Assembly (NCBI GenBank): GCA_964016885.1 | Contig: OZ024741.1 | Coordinates: 319,300,001-319,364,000, forward strand | Direction of reading: 5' to 3' | DNA from: Eledone cirrhosa | Lineage: Eukaryota | DNA: 64,000 nucleotides | Part shown: positions 28,347 to 41,087 of the stretch, in pieces | Layout of the letters: the number at the start of each line of letters is the position of its first letter | How positions within the stretch are numbered: the stretch's first letter is position 1 | Made by a program: the position numbers and the translations under genes | Notes under the pieces: model-generated | Database searches by the model: none | Seen by the model: the letters and a program-made list of their open reading frames with translations, nothing else | What the model was told of the DNA's origin: nothing

Positions 28347-29157
28347 ATGATGTTGACAGCTATAGCAGGGATTCGAAACTATGCTCGTTATGCTAGTGGC
28401 AAGATTTTCTGGTATGCGGCACTAATACTGATTGCTTATTCGCTGACCTCATCGACAACAAACACTGCTGCAGCAGGATCTGATAGCCCAACGATTGAAC
28501 TCAATAAAGATGTGAAGAGAGGCAAAAGATCTGTTGACGCTAGCCAGCACACTGACCAACATCGCATACATACTTACAATGGAAAAGAGCCCCAACAACA
28601 ACATCAAGCACCTGGATCGATCTCGGAACTGGATTCATTTCCTGACGACTTTGCCTCTGTTGATTTCAGCAGCTATGAAGCTGACCCTGTAGCAGTGTTT
28701 ACTGGGAATCAGGACAGAGAAGTTGGGCAACTATTTGTTATTAAACAGAGTTCCAGCAATGATGAAACAGATGAACTGGAAGGCAATGACATTGCCGAAG
28801 TGCTGTCATCAAAAACTGATTTGGCAGACTTAAATCTTGCTGCTGAAACTGAAAAACGAGCCCCTGGGTGGGGAAAACGGGCCCCTGGATGGGGCAAAAG
28901 AGCTCCTGGATGGGGAAAACGAGCCCCAGGATGGGGTAAACGTGCTCCAGTTTTTGGAAAAAGAGATTTTCAAACAACAATGTCTGATTTAGGAAACCTG
29001 GACTTTCAGAAAAGAGGACCTGAATGGAGCAAGAAACCTCCTGGATTCAGCAAAAGAGCTCCTGGATGGGGTAAAAGAGCACCTGGTTGGGGAAAACGAG
29101 CACCTGGATGGGGAAAAAGAGCACCTGGATGGGGAAAACGCGACCATTTTTCATTAG
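28347..29157 (+). CDS. APGWamide neuropeptide precursor, main coding exon
   Basis: First ATG at 28347; hydrophobic signal-like segment (IFWYAALILIAYSL); furin-like site KRGKR; 8 x APGW-G-KR plus APVF-G-KR flanked by dibasic sites; consensus donor AG|GTAAGT after 29157 (phase 1). Confidence 0.93.
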
Positions 29158-29453
29158 GTAAGTCAACTCTAATCTTTTTACTTGACATAAATAACATTAC
29201 TTTTGACATTTTCTTTGTTGCAGCTTGTGTAAATTGTAGAACAGAGATCATTATTGTTATTTATAGTTGAGTTGTAATTTCTGTTGTGGTTGTTTATAGA
29301 AGTCATTTCTGTTGAGGTTGTTATTCATATCATTACTCTCTTGGCGAGTGTTGAAAATACCTGGTGAACTTCAGACAGGTTGAGATCTACTATCAAAGGC
29401 ATTTCATTCAATTTTTACTGCTCAATTTAAGAAGAATTTTAAACAAGTTAAAA

Positions 29454-29718
29454 TTAACTCTTCCTTTACCCTATTTCTAATGAAATATACTGCCAATGAA
29501 TTTCAATGAATTTTTTAAATTATCAAGAATTTGAAGTCATTTAGTAACTAATAACTAACTTTCTCATTAAGTTGCTGTTTGGAACATAACTTAACAAAAG
29601 TTTTTACATAGAAATTATGATGGAAGGTTTAGATTTAAACATGAACACATTAAAACAAACAGTTTTTTCTTCATAGGACCAAGGGAAGTTTCCAGAGGGT
29701 TGATAACAAAAGGGTTAA
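29454..29718. mobile_element. TTAA-flanked (piggyBac-like) non-autonomous element; relatives at 21059-21550 and 44510-44670
   Basis: TTAAC..TT / AAAGGGTTAA ends and shared internal sequence among three loci. Confidence 0.5.
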
Positions 29719-31304
29719 ATGTATTTATCAGAACACAGTTGCTGGAAGTATGGTGAAATGACAATTATACATAGTTTCCTGTACTGTAAACCTCGGTACT
29801 TATTTTCAGGAACACTATCTACTGGTGACTATGTTGTTGGATCTCTGTCAGTTTTGACGATGAGTGTTCCAGTTGTTCCAGTTGTTTGAACAGTGGTGCA
29901 GCTTCCTCTTGAAATTAATGTAGTTCTCAGGGAGATTTACTGTGACACAGTGTGTAACAAGGCTGGCCTTTGAATTATAGTTAAAAATAATTTTTCAAGC
30001 TGAATGGATGGGAGCAGCAGAAAGTTAAGTGTCCTGCTCAAGGACATGATGCACTGTAATAAATTGAACTTACATTACAATCATGGGTTGATAAAATTGC
30101 TTTAAATCAGAGTTGACACAGTCCTATTAAATAAAGTTTTATTCAGCAGAACTGTGGCTGTTCAGGAATAAAGAAACCTTTTCTTAATTTCTAAATTCAT
30201 CCTGTAAGGTAGTTCGGGATAGGAAGGGCACCTCACTGTAGAAAACATGCCAAAAAGGGTCACAAGGACCCTCCAGTTGTGTTAAAGGCATGTCATGCTT
30301 TTTAGTGTTGGTGATATAAATGATGAATGTACCCAGTATGCACTGTAAATGGTTGGTGAGAGGAAAGTTATCCAATCATAGAAAGTTTGCCAAACAAAGG
30401 ATTGGGAGGACAATTCAGTACACCTATTGCTAGTGTCAAAATGTTCCCAGTAGAGCACAGGACTGTATGTAAGCGAGATACAAGCTTCCCCAGTCCATTT
30501 GAGAGGTCAGTAGCCTCACTTGAGTACTGACTCAGTTTGTGAAGACCTACCAAACTCTTACTAGCAAGAAAACTGATGTTAAATGAGAATGATAATGATA
30601 ATGATGACGAGGATGATATATATATAAATATATATATATATATGTGCATACATATGTGTGTGATATGTATGCATATTTGTGTGTGCGTGTGTGTGTGGCA
30701 GTGTTTACATTAACACTGCTTATTTCTTGAAACTAAGCAGTTTGATAAATAGAAATTGATAAAACATGTAGTATGTTGAAATTCGTGCTATATCCAGTAT
30801 AACCAACTAAACCTTTGAAGATAATTTCTTTAAACTTGCTGATCCCATGACAATTCCACAGCTTAATTTGAAACAGGCATCAAGTATTCAATATGACATT
30901 TTAAATATTTTATCTCATTCTCTCTCTCTCTCTCTATATATGTATATATATATATATATATACCTATATATATATATATATCATCATCATCATCCTCATT
31001 TAACATCTATCTTCCACGCTAGCATGGGTTTAGGGTTTAGACAGGAATTGTCCCATGTGAGGCAAGATTGGTTGTCTTGCTCGTATAGGACTGTCTGGCA
31101 GGTTTTCTACGGCTAGATGCCCTTCCTAACACAAACCACGTTTACAGTGTGGACTGGGAGGTTTTTACCGTGTTACCTACACGGCAATATATATATATAT
31201 ATATATATGTAATAGGTTACAGTATCGTAAAAGAGGATAGAAAGAAGAGGTGCGATATAGAATATTACATGCCAAAAGCGGATGCGCATATATATATATA
31301 CATT

Positions 31305-31695
31305 AACGAGAGGCGACCATTCACTCTTAGAACAGAGCAGATGCTGCTGTCCATAGCAGTGATTCATCCTCTGAAAACGGGCTAAAAGCATCTGCTTTGA
31401 GGGCTGCTGTGAGGTAGCGAGGGTTGACCTTATTAAAAGCTTTTGATTGATCACAGCCCCAATGGTGCCAGGTTCCTTAATGGTCCTCTCTATGATGTAT
31501 CACATGAGGTGGAGGTTGTCATGGATGGATCTGTCCAGAATCGCACATGTTTGCACCTTCGGCCGACAAGCACCAACCTCGTCGCTAACATCTTGGCTAT
31601 AATATTAAAATCTGAGTCTAGCAGAGTTATGGGCCTGAAATTATTGATATAGTCCTCCTTGTTCAGGTCTTTCTCAGCAGCGCTGCCACCCCTCA
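31305..31695 (-). mobile_element. L1/Tx1-type RT fragment
   Basis: NNFRPITLLDSDFNIIAKMLATRL; QSKAFNKVN; RVNGRLS. Confidence 0.7.
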
Positions 31696-33237
31696 GCTCA
31701 TAAACTGAAAATTCTCACATTCTACTGCCAGTTGGCATAGACATCCACCAGTGCATTACTGGTACTTTATTTTATCGACCCCGTGAGGATGAAAGGCAAA
31801 ACTAACCTCAACGGGATTTGAACTCAGAACGTAAAGGGCCATAACTCTTTGTCGCAAAGCCGAGTGTCTGACGCTCTACCGATACTGCCAAACCATCGCC
31901 CTAATAATAATAGTAATAATTGTTTCTACTTTTGGCACAAGGCCAGCAATTACCCTAGTGTATTACTGGTACTTTATTTTATTGACCCCGTAAGGATGAA
32001 AGGCAAAGTTAACCTCGGCGAGATTTGAACTCAGAATGGCAAGGGCCGTAACTCTTTGCCGCAAAGCATAGTGTCTGACACTCTACCGATACTGCCAATC
32101 TGCCTTCCTGATAATAATAATTGTAGTAAAAATGATAATGATAATGTAAGTGTGGGAAATATTTTGAAACTAAAAGTTGCATAATGTGCATTATTTGTTG
32201 TATTGATAGCATAAGTAATTCAGGCATCAGTTGAAAAGTATATAATTGAAATGTATTGTGGCATATCTGTTGTATTCTAGATTGTGTATTAACATATTTA
32301 AGGATAACGTTTTACTGCCCAAATTTATGTATATGTACACACAAACACATGTTCATTAAAATATGCATATACTTATTTACTTTTGCATGTTCACCCATAT
32401 ATACACAAACAAATAAATAGTCATCCAGTAATTAGGATAAAATCTTTTTTTCACCATTGCCACTACCATCACCACCAACACCCCCACCTTCACCACTACT
32501 ACCACCTTTCTTTCTCACACATTATTACAATTCCCTTTCCAACATGACAGACGTTTTACATGAAATATTCAACAGCTTTAATATGTATGTATGGTCCCGC
32601 AACTCCTGATAGAGTCGTAGGAGCGCCGTATTGACATACAGGGTTTCTTGGGTATTTTAAAGCCTGGAGGAGCCCACCCCTCTCCAAGCCCGAGTACAGC
32701 AGATTTCTTCCATAGAAAGATAGAAAGTGAGAGGGAGGAAAATGAGAAAGAATCGACCCCAGTACTAGACTGGTACTTTTTTCATCGACCTCGAAAGGAT
32801 GAAAGGCAAAGTTGACCTCTGTGGGATTCGAACTCAGAGAGCAGAGAACCGGAATGAATACTATAAAGCCTTCTATCTGCTGTTCTAACAACTCTGTCAA
32901 TTCAGTACCTATAGCTTTAATATAGGAGACAATTACACATAGGTGGAATATTTCTGAGAAATACAAGCATGTAATAATGTTTATATCATGAGTCTCAAAC
33001 TCATGGCCCACGGGCTGCATGCAGCCCTGCAACAGAACAATTTTCGTGACTTGACCCTTACCCTTTCCATACTCTTGCAGCAGCAGAAGCAGCCATTTTA
33101 AACTTGACCTGCAAAAAGACAATCGATTTTAAGATCAGCCAGACCATGTTTCTTCCAAGGAAAGTGTAGAATGTACTTTAATATTTCAGTCACTTTCACT
33201 TCAAGATCAAAAGATGAAAAATAGAAATATTTATTTA

Positions 33238-33405
33238 GTATTTCCCGGCATTGAAGTCGCTACTTTTTCCCTAAAATAAGTCTCAAAAATCTACCATGCG
33301 TCCTGGAGGCCAAAGGTTGTTTATTATTTTTTTTCAAATTTTTGGTTGTCAAAATTAGGGTGCGTCCTCGAGGACGAAGTGTCTTTGGCGCCGGGAAATA
33401 CGGTA
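33238..33405. mobile_element. pogo/Tigger-like MITE
   Basis: TIRs GTATTTCCCGGC / GCCGGGAAATACGGTA. Confidence 0.6.
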
Positions 33406-34191
33406 CATTAAAAAAAACACTTTTAATAAGAATGTTATTGAAGTCTACGTCAGCTTATTTGAAAGACTTATTGTGGTGGAGGATTAATTGAGAATATAGA
33501 AAACTAACTAACACAACAGGCCACAAAGAAATATGTTGTTTTATAACTTGAGAAAAGGTAGATTTGAAAACTCATATTGGTGTGGAGAGTATACTTGAGA
33601 TGAAAAAAGGGTATTTACTAAAAGTAAAAACGGAATTAACGAACATTTTAAAGGAAAGTCTGTCCTCCTACATTTTGTACTAATTCACATATCCAACTTA
33701 CTATTGTATGTTGATGAAAACCAAAAATAGATAAGTAGCCTATCAACTGTGGATTGGCAGAATTGATAGAGCGTTGGACAAGATGATTCGCATTATAGAA
33801 TTACGTCCCTTTGTGCCCTGAGTTCAAGTCCTGTCGAGGTTAACTTTGCCTTTCATCCTTACGGGGTCAATAAAATAAAGCACCAGTAATGCAGTGGGGT
33901 CGATTTAATCGACTTTCCCCTCCTCTTAAACTTACTGGCCTTGTACCTAAAGTAGAAACAATTATTAGCTCATGCTTTTTTATCACCAATATGAGACTAT
34001 GAAAGAAATTAAAAACATGATCATACTAACATATTTAGAGTCAATAGAAAATCAGTGTAGTAAAAGCCAAAGCACAAGTATATTGAAACAAAAAGCCCCT
34101 TAGCACAAGAAGGCTAGCTGTGTTCTCTCTCAATTCAGACACCAACAGTTTTCCTTTCCTTAGTTTAACTTCCACTAAAGATATCTGTCAC

Positions 34192-34362
34192 AAGTGCCAG
34201 ATTTAGGTCAAATGAGGCCCAGTGCTAGTTAAGTTATGAAATCACTTACTGGGGCCCTGAAGGAGGTAAAACATCTTTTGGCCAGGAAGATGGGCCCCTC
34301 CCCACTGGCCAATGGGGCTCTGTGCTTAAGCAGACCTAAACACAATGGTAAATCCAACATTG
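34192..34362. mobile_element. hAT-like MITE (shorter copy in opposite orientation at 20544-20620)
   Basis: Termini AGTGCCAGATTTA / TAAATCC(GG/AA)CATTG with internal GGGGCCC motifs; two related copies. Confidence 0.55.
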
Positions 34363-34834
34363 TCTGCCACTCTTTACATTTCTCTAGGCAGTCATTAAAG
34401 ACTATTGTTTCCAGTACATCATTTTTTGTGGAGAGTTCAGTAAAGTACCATTGAAAATCTGCACACAACTGCCTAGAATGAGATAAGCTGTGGTTCACAA
34501 AAGTATGGTTTTGTTGTGCACCAGCATTGTCAATCTGATACAGTTTTCTTCATACCTGTTCAACTAATTCGTGTGTCTGAGCTCCTCCTGTCCAACTAGT
34601 TCCTGTGTGTCTGAGTTCCCCCTGTCCAACTGGCTCCTGTGTGTCTGAGGTCCATCTAATTCCTGTGTGCCTGAGTCCCTCTTATGAATCTGAGCTCCTC
34701 CTGAAAAATTCAGCCCCAAGTATTCTTTGGCCGGTCTCTCCTGTCCAACTAAATCTAAATCCTGTCTGTATGAGGTCCTCAGATTAAATAATAAAAAATA
34801 TATGCCTATGTATAGGCATTCTGTCGGTGAGTAT

Positions 34835-35120
34835 TCCTGTTGATAAGATCAATGGAAGAGCCTGCTTGTGAAATTAACGTGCAAATGGCTGAGCATTCCA
34901 CAAACATACATACACTTAATAGTTCTCAAGGAGATTCAGCATGACAGAGTGTGACAAGGCTGGCCCTTTGAATTACAGGTACAAATCATTTTTGCCAGCT
35001 GAGTGGACTGGAGCAACACAAAATAAAGTGTGTTGCTCAAGGACACAAAGTGCTGCTGAGAATCAGACTCATGACCCAAATGATCACGAGCCAAATACCC
35101 CAACCACAAAGCCACATGAC
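34835..35120 (-). mobile_element. SINE with family A head/core and a third body type (also ~8620-9080, 15610-15690, 18990-19230, 29860-30080, 55910-56110)
   Basis: Shared core plus AATTCAAAGGGCCAGCCTTGTCACAC..TGAATCTCC body repeated at several sites. Confidence 0.7.
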
Positions 35121-35951
35121 CACTAGCAGAAATACCACTCTCCAGGAAGTTTTCTACCAGTGTAAATATGTGTATGTTTTGTAATATATCTACCAATGTA
35201 TGCAAATATATGAAAAAAGATAAATATATTTTAGATATATAAAATGATTCGAATCCACCCCAACAAATTTTGTCTTGTGCTTTATTTAATTTAATACAAT
35301 GAGATTTGTTATCTACAAAATGGTGACCCTTCACCCAACTTAATTAAGCCAAGATGATGATATAAACCAATAATAAGCAAAGGCATGATTGAAACAATCC
35401 AGTTTAGCACCTTCAATGAGATTTGAATTGGCACTGATTTTTCTAATAAACATTTTAATTTTTGTCAACTCTCAGATAATCCATATTTTCTATTCTAGGA
35501 GCACACAATGTGACAAATCCCTTATAATTAAAAGGAAAACATTATTTTGTAATGGGAGAACAATAGGAACTTCTAATGACATATTTAATTTTGCAGTTTA
35601 TTTACTTAAGCCTCTATTAATATAATACCCAATGTGTATTTGCCTATTACACACTAGAGATGACTGAAGAAGGAAGGGGTGATTATGTCGACTGAGGAAG
35701 TAAGGGGTGATTACGTCTACTGAAGAAGGAAGGGGTGGCAGCGTTTAACATTCACTACACCTGTGTGTGTATATGTGTAATGAATTGGCTACACATATTG
35801 GCTGTTATGATTATGTGAGTGTTTGGGTGTGTGTATATGTATGTTTGTGTAAATTATATTTATATATAATATCTGTGTGAGTGCATATGTGTTTGTGTGT
35901 GTTTATTTAGAAAGATACATAGACAATAGAATTACAAGTACACGCGCATCT

Positions 35952-35982
<31 letters not shown>

Positions 35983-36029
35983 AACAGATACCGCTGAGGT
36001 CAACTTTACCAATCTAGTACTGAGGTTGA

Positions 36030-36920
36030 TTAATAATAATAATAATAATGAAATATTGTGTACAGTGCTCAGGTGCACTACAACTCATAAAAAAGTGTAT
36101 GTATAGTACATAGGGTAATGTACAAACGTCAGGAAAATGAACAGTGCATGAGTCATGATATACACGTGTGCATGTGTATGGAAGGTGTACATTAGGTGTA
36201 GTTTTGGTGAATTTCGGGAAGCATGAGGGTTTTAAAGGATGCAGTGTCTCGGCAGCTAACAACTGACGCAGGCAGTTTGTTCCATGCTTCAGCAACTCTA
36301 AGCGTGAAAAAATGTTTCCGAAAGTCATGGGAGCTGTGCTGTTTTCTGATTTTGTAGGCATGTCCACGTGTGTTAGATACATGGAGATCAAAAAGGTGCT
36401 CAGGGTTGTTGTTGGCGAGATGGTTAATAACTTTGTGGGTGTTTACCAAGTCCATTGCCAGACGTCGGAGCTTCAATGAATCCATACCCAGGGAAGCAAG
36501 GCGTTCAGAGTATGGTAGGTGTCTGATGGAGGGTATGCGCTTGGTTGCACGTCTGAGAACAGTTTCCAGGAGGTAAATGTTCTGAGCAAGATAGGGGTTC
36601 CAGACTGATGATGCGAATTCCAAGTGTGGTCGTACCATAGCTGTATACAGCTTTAAATAGATGGCTTGAGAGCGGCTAACAAAGGTCTTGCTGAGTGATG
36701 CCAAGACACCCTCGGCCTGCTTGACAATCTTAGAGACATGCTTTGTCCAATGCAAATCGCTGTTGACAGTAATACCCCGTTCACGTATTCTTCCAGTATA
36801 TCTCTTTCTCACTTCCCTTACTCTGGAAGAAATTGACCATATGTCACTATTTCAGCCTACCAGGTGTTATGGGTCCATACATACAGAATACTTACATTTG
36901 CCGAAGCCAGAAAACCATGC
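36030..36920 (-). mobile_element. CR1-like LINE 3' end
   Basis: LYTAMVRPHLEFASSVWNPY..RRATK..TRGH..FFTLRVAEAWNKLP; (ATT)n tail. Confidence 0.85.
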
Positions 36921-36967
36921 GGACATATGCATAGAAATTCATACTTATGGGTTATATTTTTATATGT

Positions 36968-37256
36968 GGAGGTGCGTGGCCTAGTGGTAAAGGTCTTGGA
37001 CTTACGATCATAATGTCATGGGTTCGATTCCTGGACTGAGTTGTGTGTTGTGTTCTTGAGCAAAACACTTCATTTCACATTGCTCCAGTATACTCAGCTG
37101 AAAATGAGTACTAGCAGTAGTTGGGGGTTTAACCCTGCGATGGATTGGCATCCTGTCCAGGGGAAAGTTTTGCAATCTCAGTCACTTCACGCCATGAAAC
37201 TAGGATAAGCACCGGCCTAATGATCGTTTTGGCTTAAGACAGACTTAAAGACTTTT
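36968..37256 (+). mobile_element. tRNA-derived SINE with family A head/core and a different tail
   Basis: TGGCCTAGTGG, GGTTCGATTCC, same core, then unrelated 3' half. Confidence 0.75.
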
Positions 37257-37331
37257 TAAGATATTTTTATATACTATTTTTCTTCTTTTCATATTTGATA
37301 TGTTTCAATTTTCTGTTGTGTTTCATTGTAG

Positions 37332-37342
37332 GTCTCAACTGA
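37332..37342 (+). CDS. Probable terminal coding exon of the APGWamide precursor (...DHFSL-G-L-N-stop), followed by 3' UTR to about 38160
   Basis: Long pyrimidine tract ending TGTAG at 37331; phase-1 join gives GGT CTC AAC TGA; non-TE UTR-like sequence follows with AATAAA at 37989 and 38153. Other acceptors in the 8 kb intron cannot be excluded. Confidence 0.45.
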
Positions 37343-38711
37343 AGCTAAAATCTTTCCACCTCAAATAATTCCCCGGATTGCATTACAAGAATGAGTAAAA
37401 TCAGCAACAGCAGTAACAACTACCACACAACTACTGTTGTTACAACTATAGTCCTCCATTCCACCCAACTCCTAGCAATGTGTGCAGTACTGCAGCGATG
37501 ACCTAACCATTACTAATTGTTAACACCAACACCACCACTAACAACAACAGCTACTACAACAACTACATCATAGTAAAGTGAACAAGGATGTTTAATATTA
37601 ACTGCATTCCTTAAAGTAACAGAAGAAAAAATTACAACTACTACTACTACTACTACTAGTAATAATAATAATAATAATGATACTACTACTACTACTACTA
37701 CTACTACTAATAATAATAATCTTGGAAATTTCACCCAAAGGAACGAAGACGGTAAAGATGGGTGGAAACATAATGTGGGTTTATCTAATACAAATATTTT
37801 TCTTGCATAGTGTGCGTGTACATGTTTGTGTGTGTGTGTGAATGTGTGTATGTGAGCATATGCGTATGTGTGAGATGATACAAACATTATACTGAAAGAT
37901 GATAAAAAAAAAGCAAAAAACTCTAATTCATGATGGTCTCCACCACAGTCCACATAAGACATGACGATTTGTTGGTGAAAAACAGAACAATAAATATATG
38001 ATGAAAAGAGAAAACTCTGCGGTTTGTTATTCAATCACACAAGTTAAAATCACCTAAAATGTATCATTTTTTTTATTGTATCTAAAACGGTGATTTTATT
38101 TGTGTGTGTGAGTGTATATTTATGTGCCACTGTGCATTATTTTGTTGAGAAAAATAAAGTTGAAATGTTTCACAAATGCCAATATGTACGTTTTATATAC
38201 TACATTTATATACACATATTCTGTTTTTTACATCATCATCATACTTCCATTTGCTCCTGTACTTAGTCCTCTACTCCTTGAGTTCTAGCAATTTCAGATC
38301 AGCTCTCACAACCTCTCCTCAGGTCATTCTTGGTCTCCTACCACAGCTTCCCTCCACTGGGATATCATTGGAACTTCTTCACCCAGCAAATCATCATTCA
38401 TATGTATCATGTCCATACTGGCAAAATCTCCCTTCCTGCACACTACATTTGATTACTCTTATAACTAGCTTTTTTCTCAATTCATCCATGTTGTCATTCA
38501 CACATATTAACATTGCACATCCATTGGAACATGTTCACTTCATTTCTCTGTAGCCCTCGCATATCCTCACCATTCAGTGTTCATGTTTCACTATTATGCA
38601 ACATTATACATCAAACGTAGGTATTATACAGCCTGTCATTCACAGAGAAGCTTTTTGTTGTCTACAAGGGTAGTAGCTCTGTAATAGCATATATACATAT
38701 ATGTATGTATA

Positions 38712-38985
38712 TCATCATCATTTTACGTCCGCTTTTCCCTGCTTGCAAGGGTGGGATGGTAACTGATTCTGGCTTGATTTCTACAGCTGGATGCCCTTCC
38801 TAACACCAACCTCATTTACAGTGAGTGCTGGGTGCTTTTTTGCCATGGCACCTCCTCGACCACTTTGCAGTGGAATGATATGGACCCCAGTCTCTATCAT
38901 CTCATTTTTACAGCTGAGTAAACTGGAGCAATGTGAAATAAAGTGTCTTGCACAAGGAAACAATACATCACCCAGTCTGAGATGT
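38712..38985 (-). mobile_element. SINE family A copy
   Basis: Reverse complement of about 1377-1647. Confidence 0.85.
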
Positions 38986-39339
38986 GTTGTTTCTTTGAGC
39001 AAGACATATATATATATTTGATTCATATATATATGTATATATATATGAATCAAAAAGTGGGGTGGGCGCTCAAGACAAAGATAACAGAAAAAAAACAGAC
39101 AACCCCTTTCACTTCAGTCAACTTCTGGAAATCCTTATAGTTTCAGTGCATTAAAGTTGAGAATATTCATTCCAGTGTACATGGAGCCACAACAGAAGAA
39201 AACTGAGGCATAGGACAAATTGTGCCTTTTGGCAAATTACACAAATACACACACACACAAAATGCTAAAAACCAATGTGCTTCAACTGAAAAGCACATTA
39301 TATATATATATATTTATATATAAAATTTAATATAGAAAT

Positions 39340-39384
39340 GGCTTCTACAGGACTAGAACTGTTTCATTCTAAAAAAATCATCAT
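39340..39384 (-). ncRNA. Degenerate hammerhead motif, same family as 25458-25505
   Basis: UGAUGA...GAAU-GAAA-CAGUUCUAGUCCUG-UA/GAAGC next to a TA-rich tract. Confidence 0.45.
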
Positions 39385-39500
39385 CCATTAAAGCATGCTT
39401 GCTTCATTTCTCTCTAACCTGTGCATATCATCTGCAACCATTATCCAAGTTCCCTAATCTTTTCCATCCTATCCCTATTCTAGCTATATATATATAAATA

Positions 39501-40250
39501 TACAAGGTATGTCAGAAAAGAAACAGGACTGTGGTCACAAAAAAATATTTCAAATCTAAACTAAAAGTTTTCCCCTTCGAAATAATCCCCATCAATTCTA
39601 ACACACTTTCCCATCCTTCTCCACCATGTCTCCATGCATTCCTGGAAGGATTTTCCTGGGATTCACCGCAGCTCCATTGTCACAACCCTCTTAATAGCTC
39701 TGGCGCTTGGTCTCCAGGTCATACTAGAAGATCCATGACTCATCACTAATGATGACTTCCCCCAGAAAGTCTGGTTTTGTTACAAGATGTTTGAGGATAT
39801 CCTGACACACCTGCATGTACCGCTCCTTCAGGTCATTGTTCATCAGCTTCGGCACCATCTTTGCACAGATTTTTAGCATGCCAAAATTTTTGGTGATAAT
39901 TTTTCAAATGTTATCACGGTTCATGCCCAGCTCACTTGTAGCCAGCTGATGATCGCCATGCACCACCTGACTCATGCACTCAAGGTTGGCCTGTCCTGCT
40001 TGTTCAAGGCCTTCACCTCCTGGTGTTGTCTCTGAACCTTTTGTGCCACTCAAAAACCCTTGAGCACAACATTGTTTCATCTCTGTACACTTGCTGCAGT
40101 ATTCCAAGTGCTTCCTATCGAGTTTTCTCCAACTTGACCAAAAACTTCAGGTTGGTTCATTGTTCTGTGCCCTTTGCTCAACAGCCTAAAATCGAGGAGC
40201 TGTGACATCATCAGGTGTATATTGCAAAATAGTTGTATACCAAAGGAATG
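39501..40250 (-). mobile_element. Degenerate mariner transposon
   Basis: Mariner-like end TACAAGGTATGTCAGAAAAG; broken transposase motifs on minus strand (FEWHKRF, KICAKMVPKL, ISDESWIF). Confidence 0.7.
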
Positions 40251-41087
40251 ATGGTAAATACATTCCAAGAGGCTTTAAGGAAAATAACAAAATAAAAAAC
40301 AGAGAAGGAAAAAAAGTGTGTTCAGAGACGATCGTGTGCTTTCCTCCTATTACATCATGGTTAACATTGCAGAATGACCAATTCTACCCAGTGGTGAACC
40401 ACCAAATTTAAACATATATATGTGTGTGTATATAATATACATGTAAATTAAAGGAACCCTCTAGATCACAGTGTTTTGTGGAAGACAAGTAGTTGCCCAT
40501 GCATGCTAATCACCTCTTTCCATGCATTTGATGTTGTCCAAAGGAAAAGCAAAGGCTGACACAGCCAGGCACCAGTGTTATCACAATTCATATATACATT
40601 ATGTACAATATATATATACAACTATATATTATGTTGATCAAGGGAAAGGCAAAGGCTGATACAACTTCGCACCAGTGTCATTGCAACTCATATATAAACT
40701 ATATATACACAAGTATATGATGTTATATAAGGTAAAATCAAAGGCTCATACATTTTGACACCAGTTCTGTTGCTACTCATTTTTCCCAGCTGAGTGAATT
40801 GGAGCAATGTACCACACAGTCCAAAAATTGAACTCTAATTGTCAGCCCAACACCTTAAGCACTAAGTCACATGCCTTCATACATGCAAATTAGTAGCTTT
40901 CATCATCACAATGAAGAAAAGAAGAAAAAAGACAAAAACAAAAAGAAAGTTCAAATTAAAGGATTTGATTCTGTTTTGTTGAAGTTTTTGTTTTTATTTT
41001 ACCATCAAGAAATGTTTCTTGCTTTACAGAAATTGCCTTGGTTTCTCCAGAAATGAGAGAAGTTGGTAGAATTACTGGCAGAAATAT

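Noticed and set aside
29034-29051. KPPGFS resembles bradykinin (RPPGFSPFR)
   Set aside because: Five-residue match explained as a degenerate APGWG unit in register with the repeat; PFR is missing.
35670-35740. Three ~28-bp repeats containing CTGA(A/G)GA
   Set aside because: No GAAA or stems; treated as a short tandem repeat.
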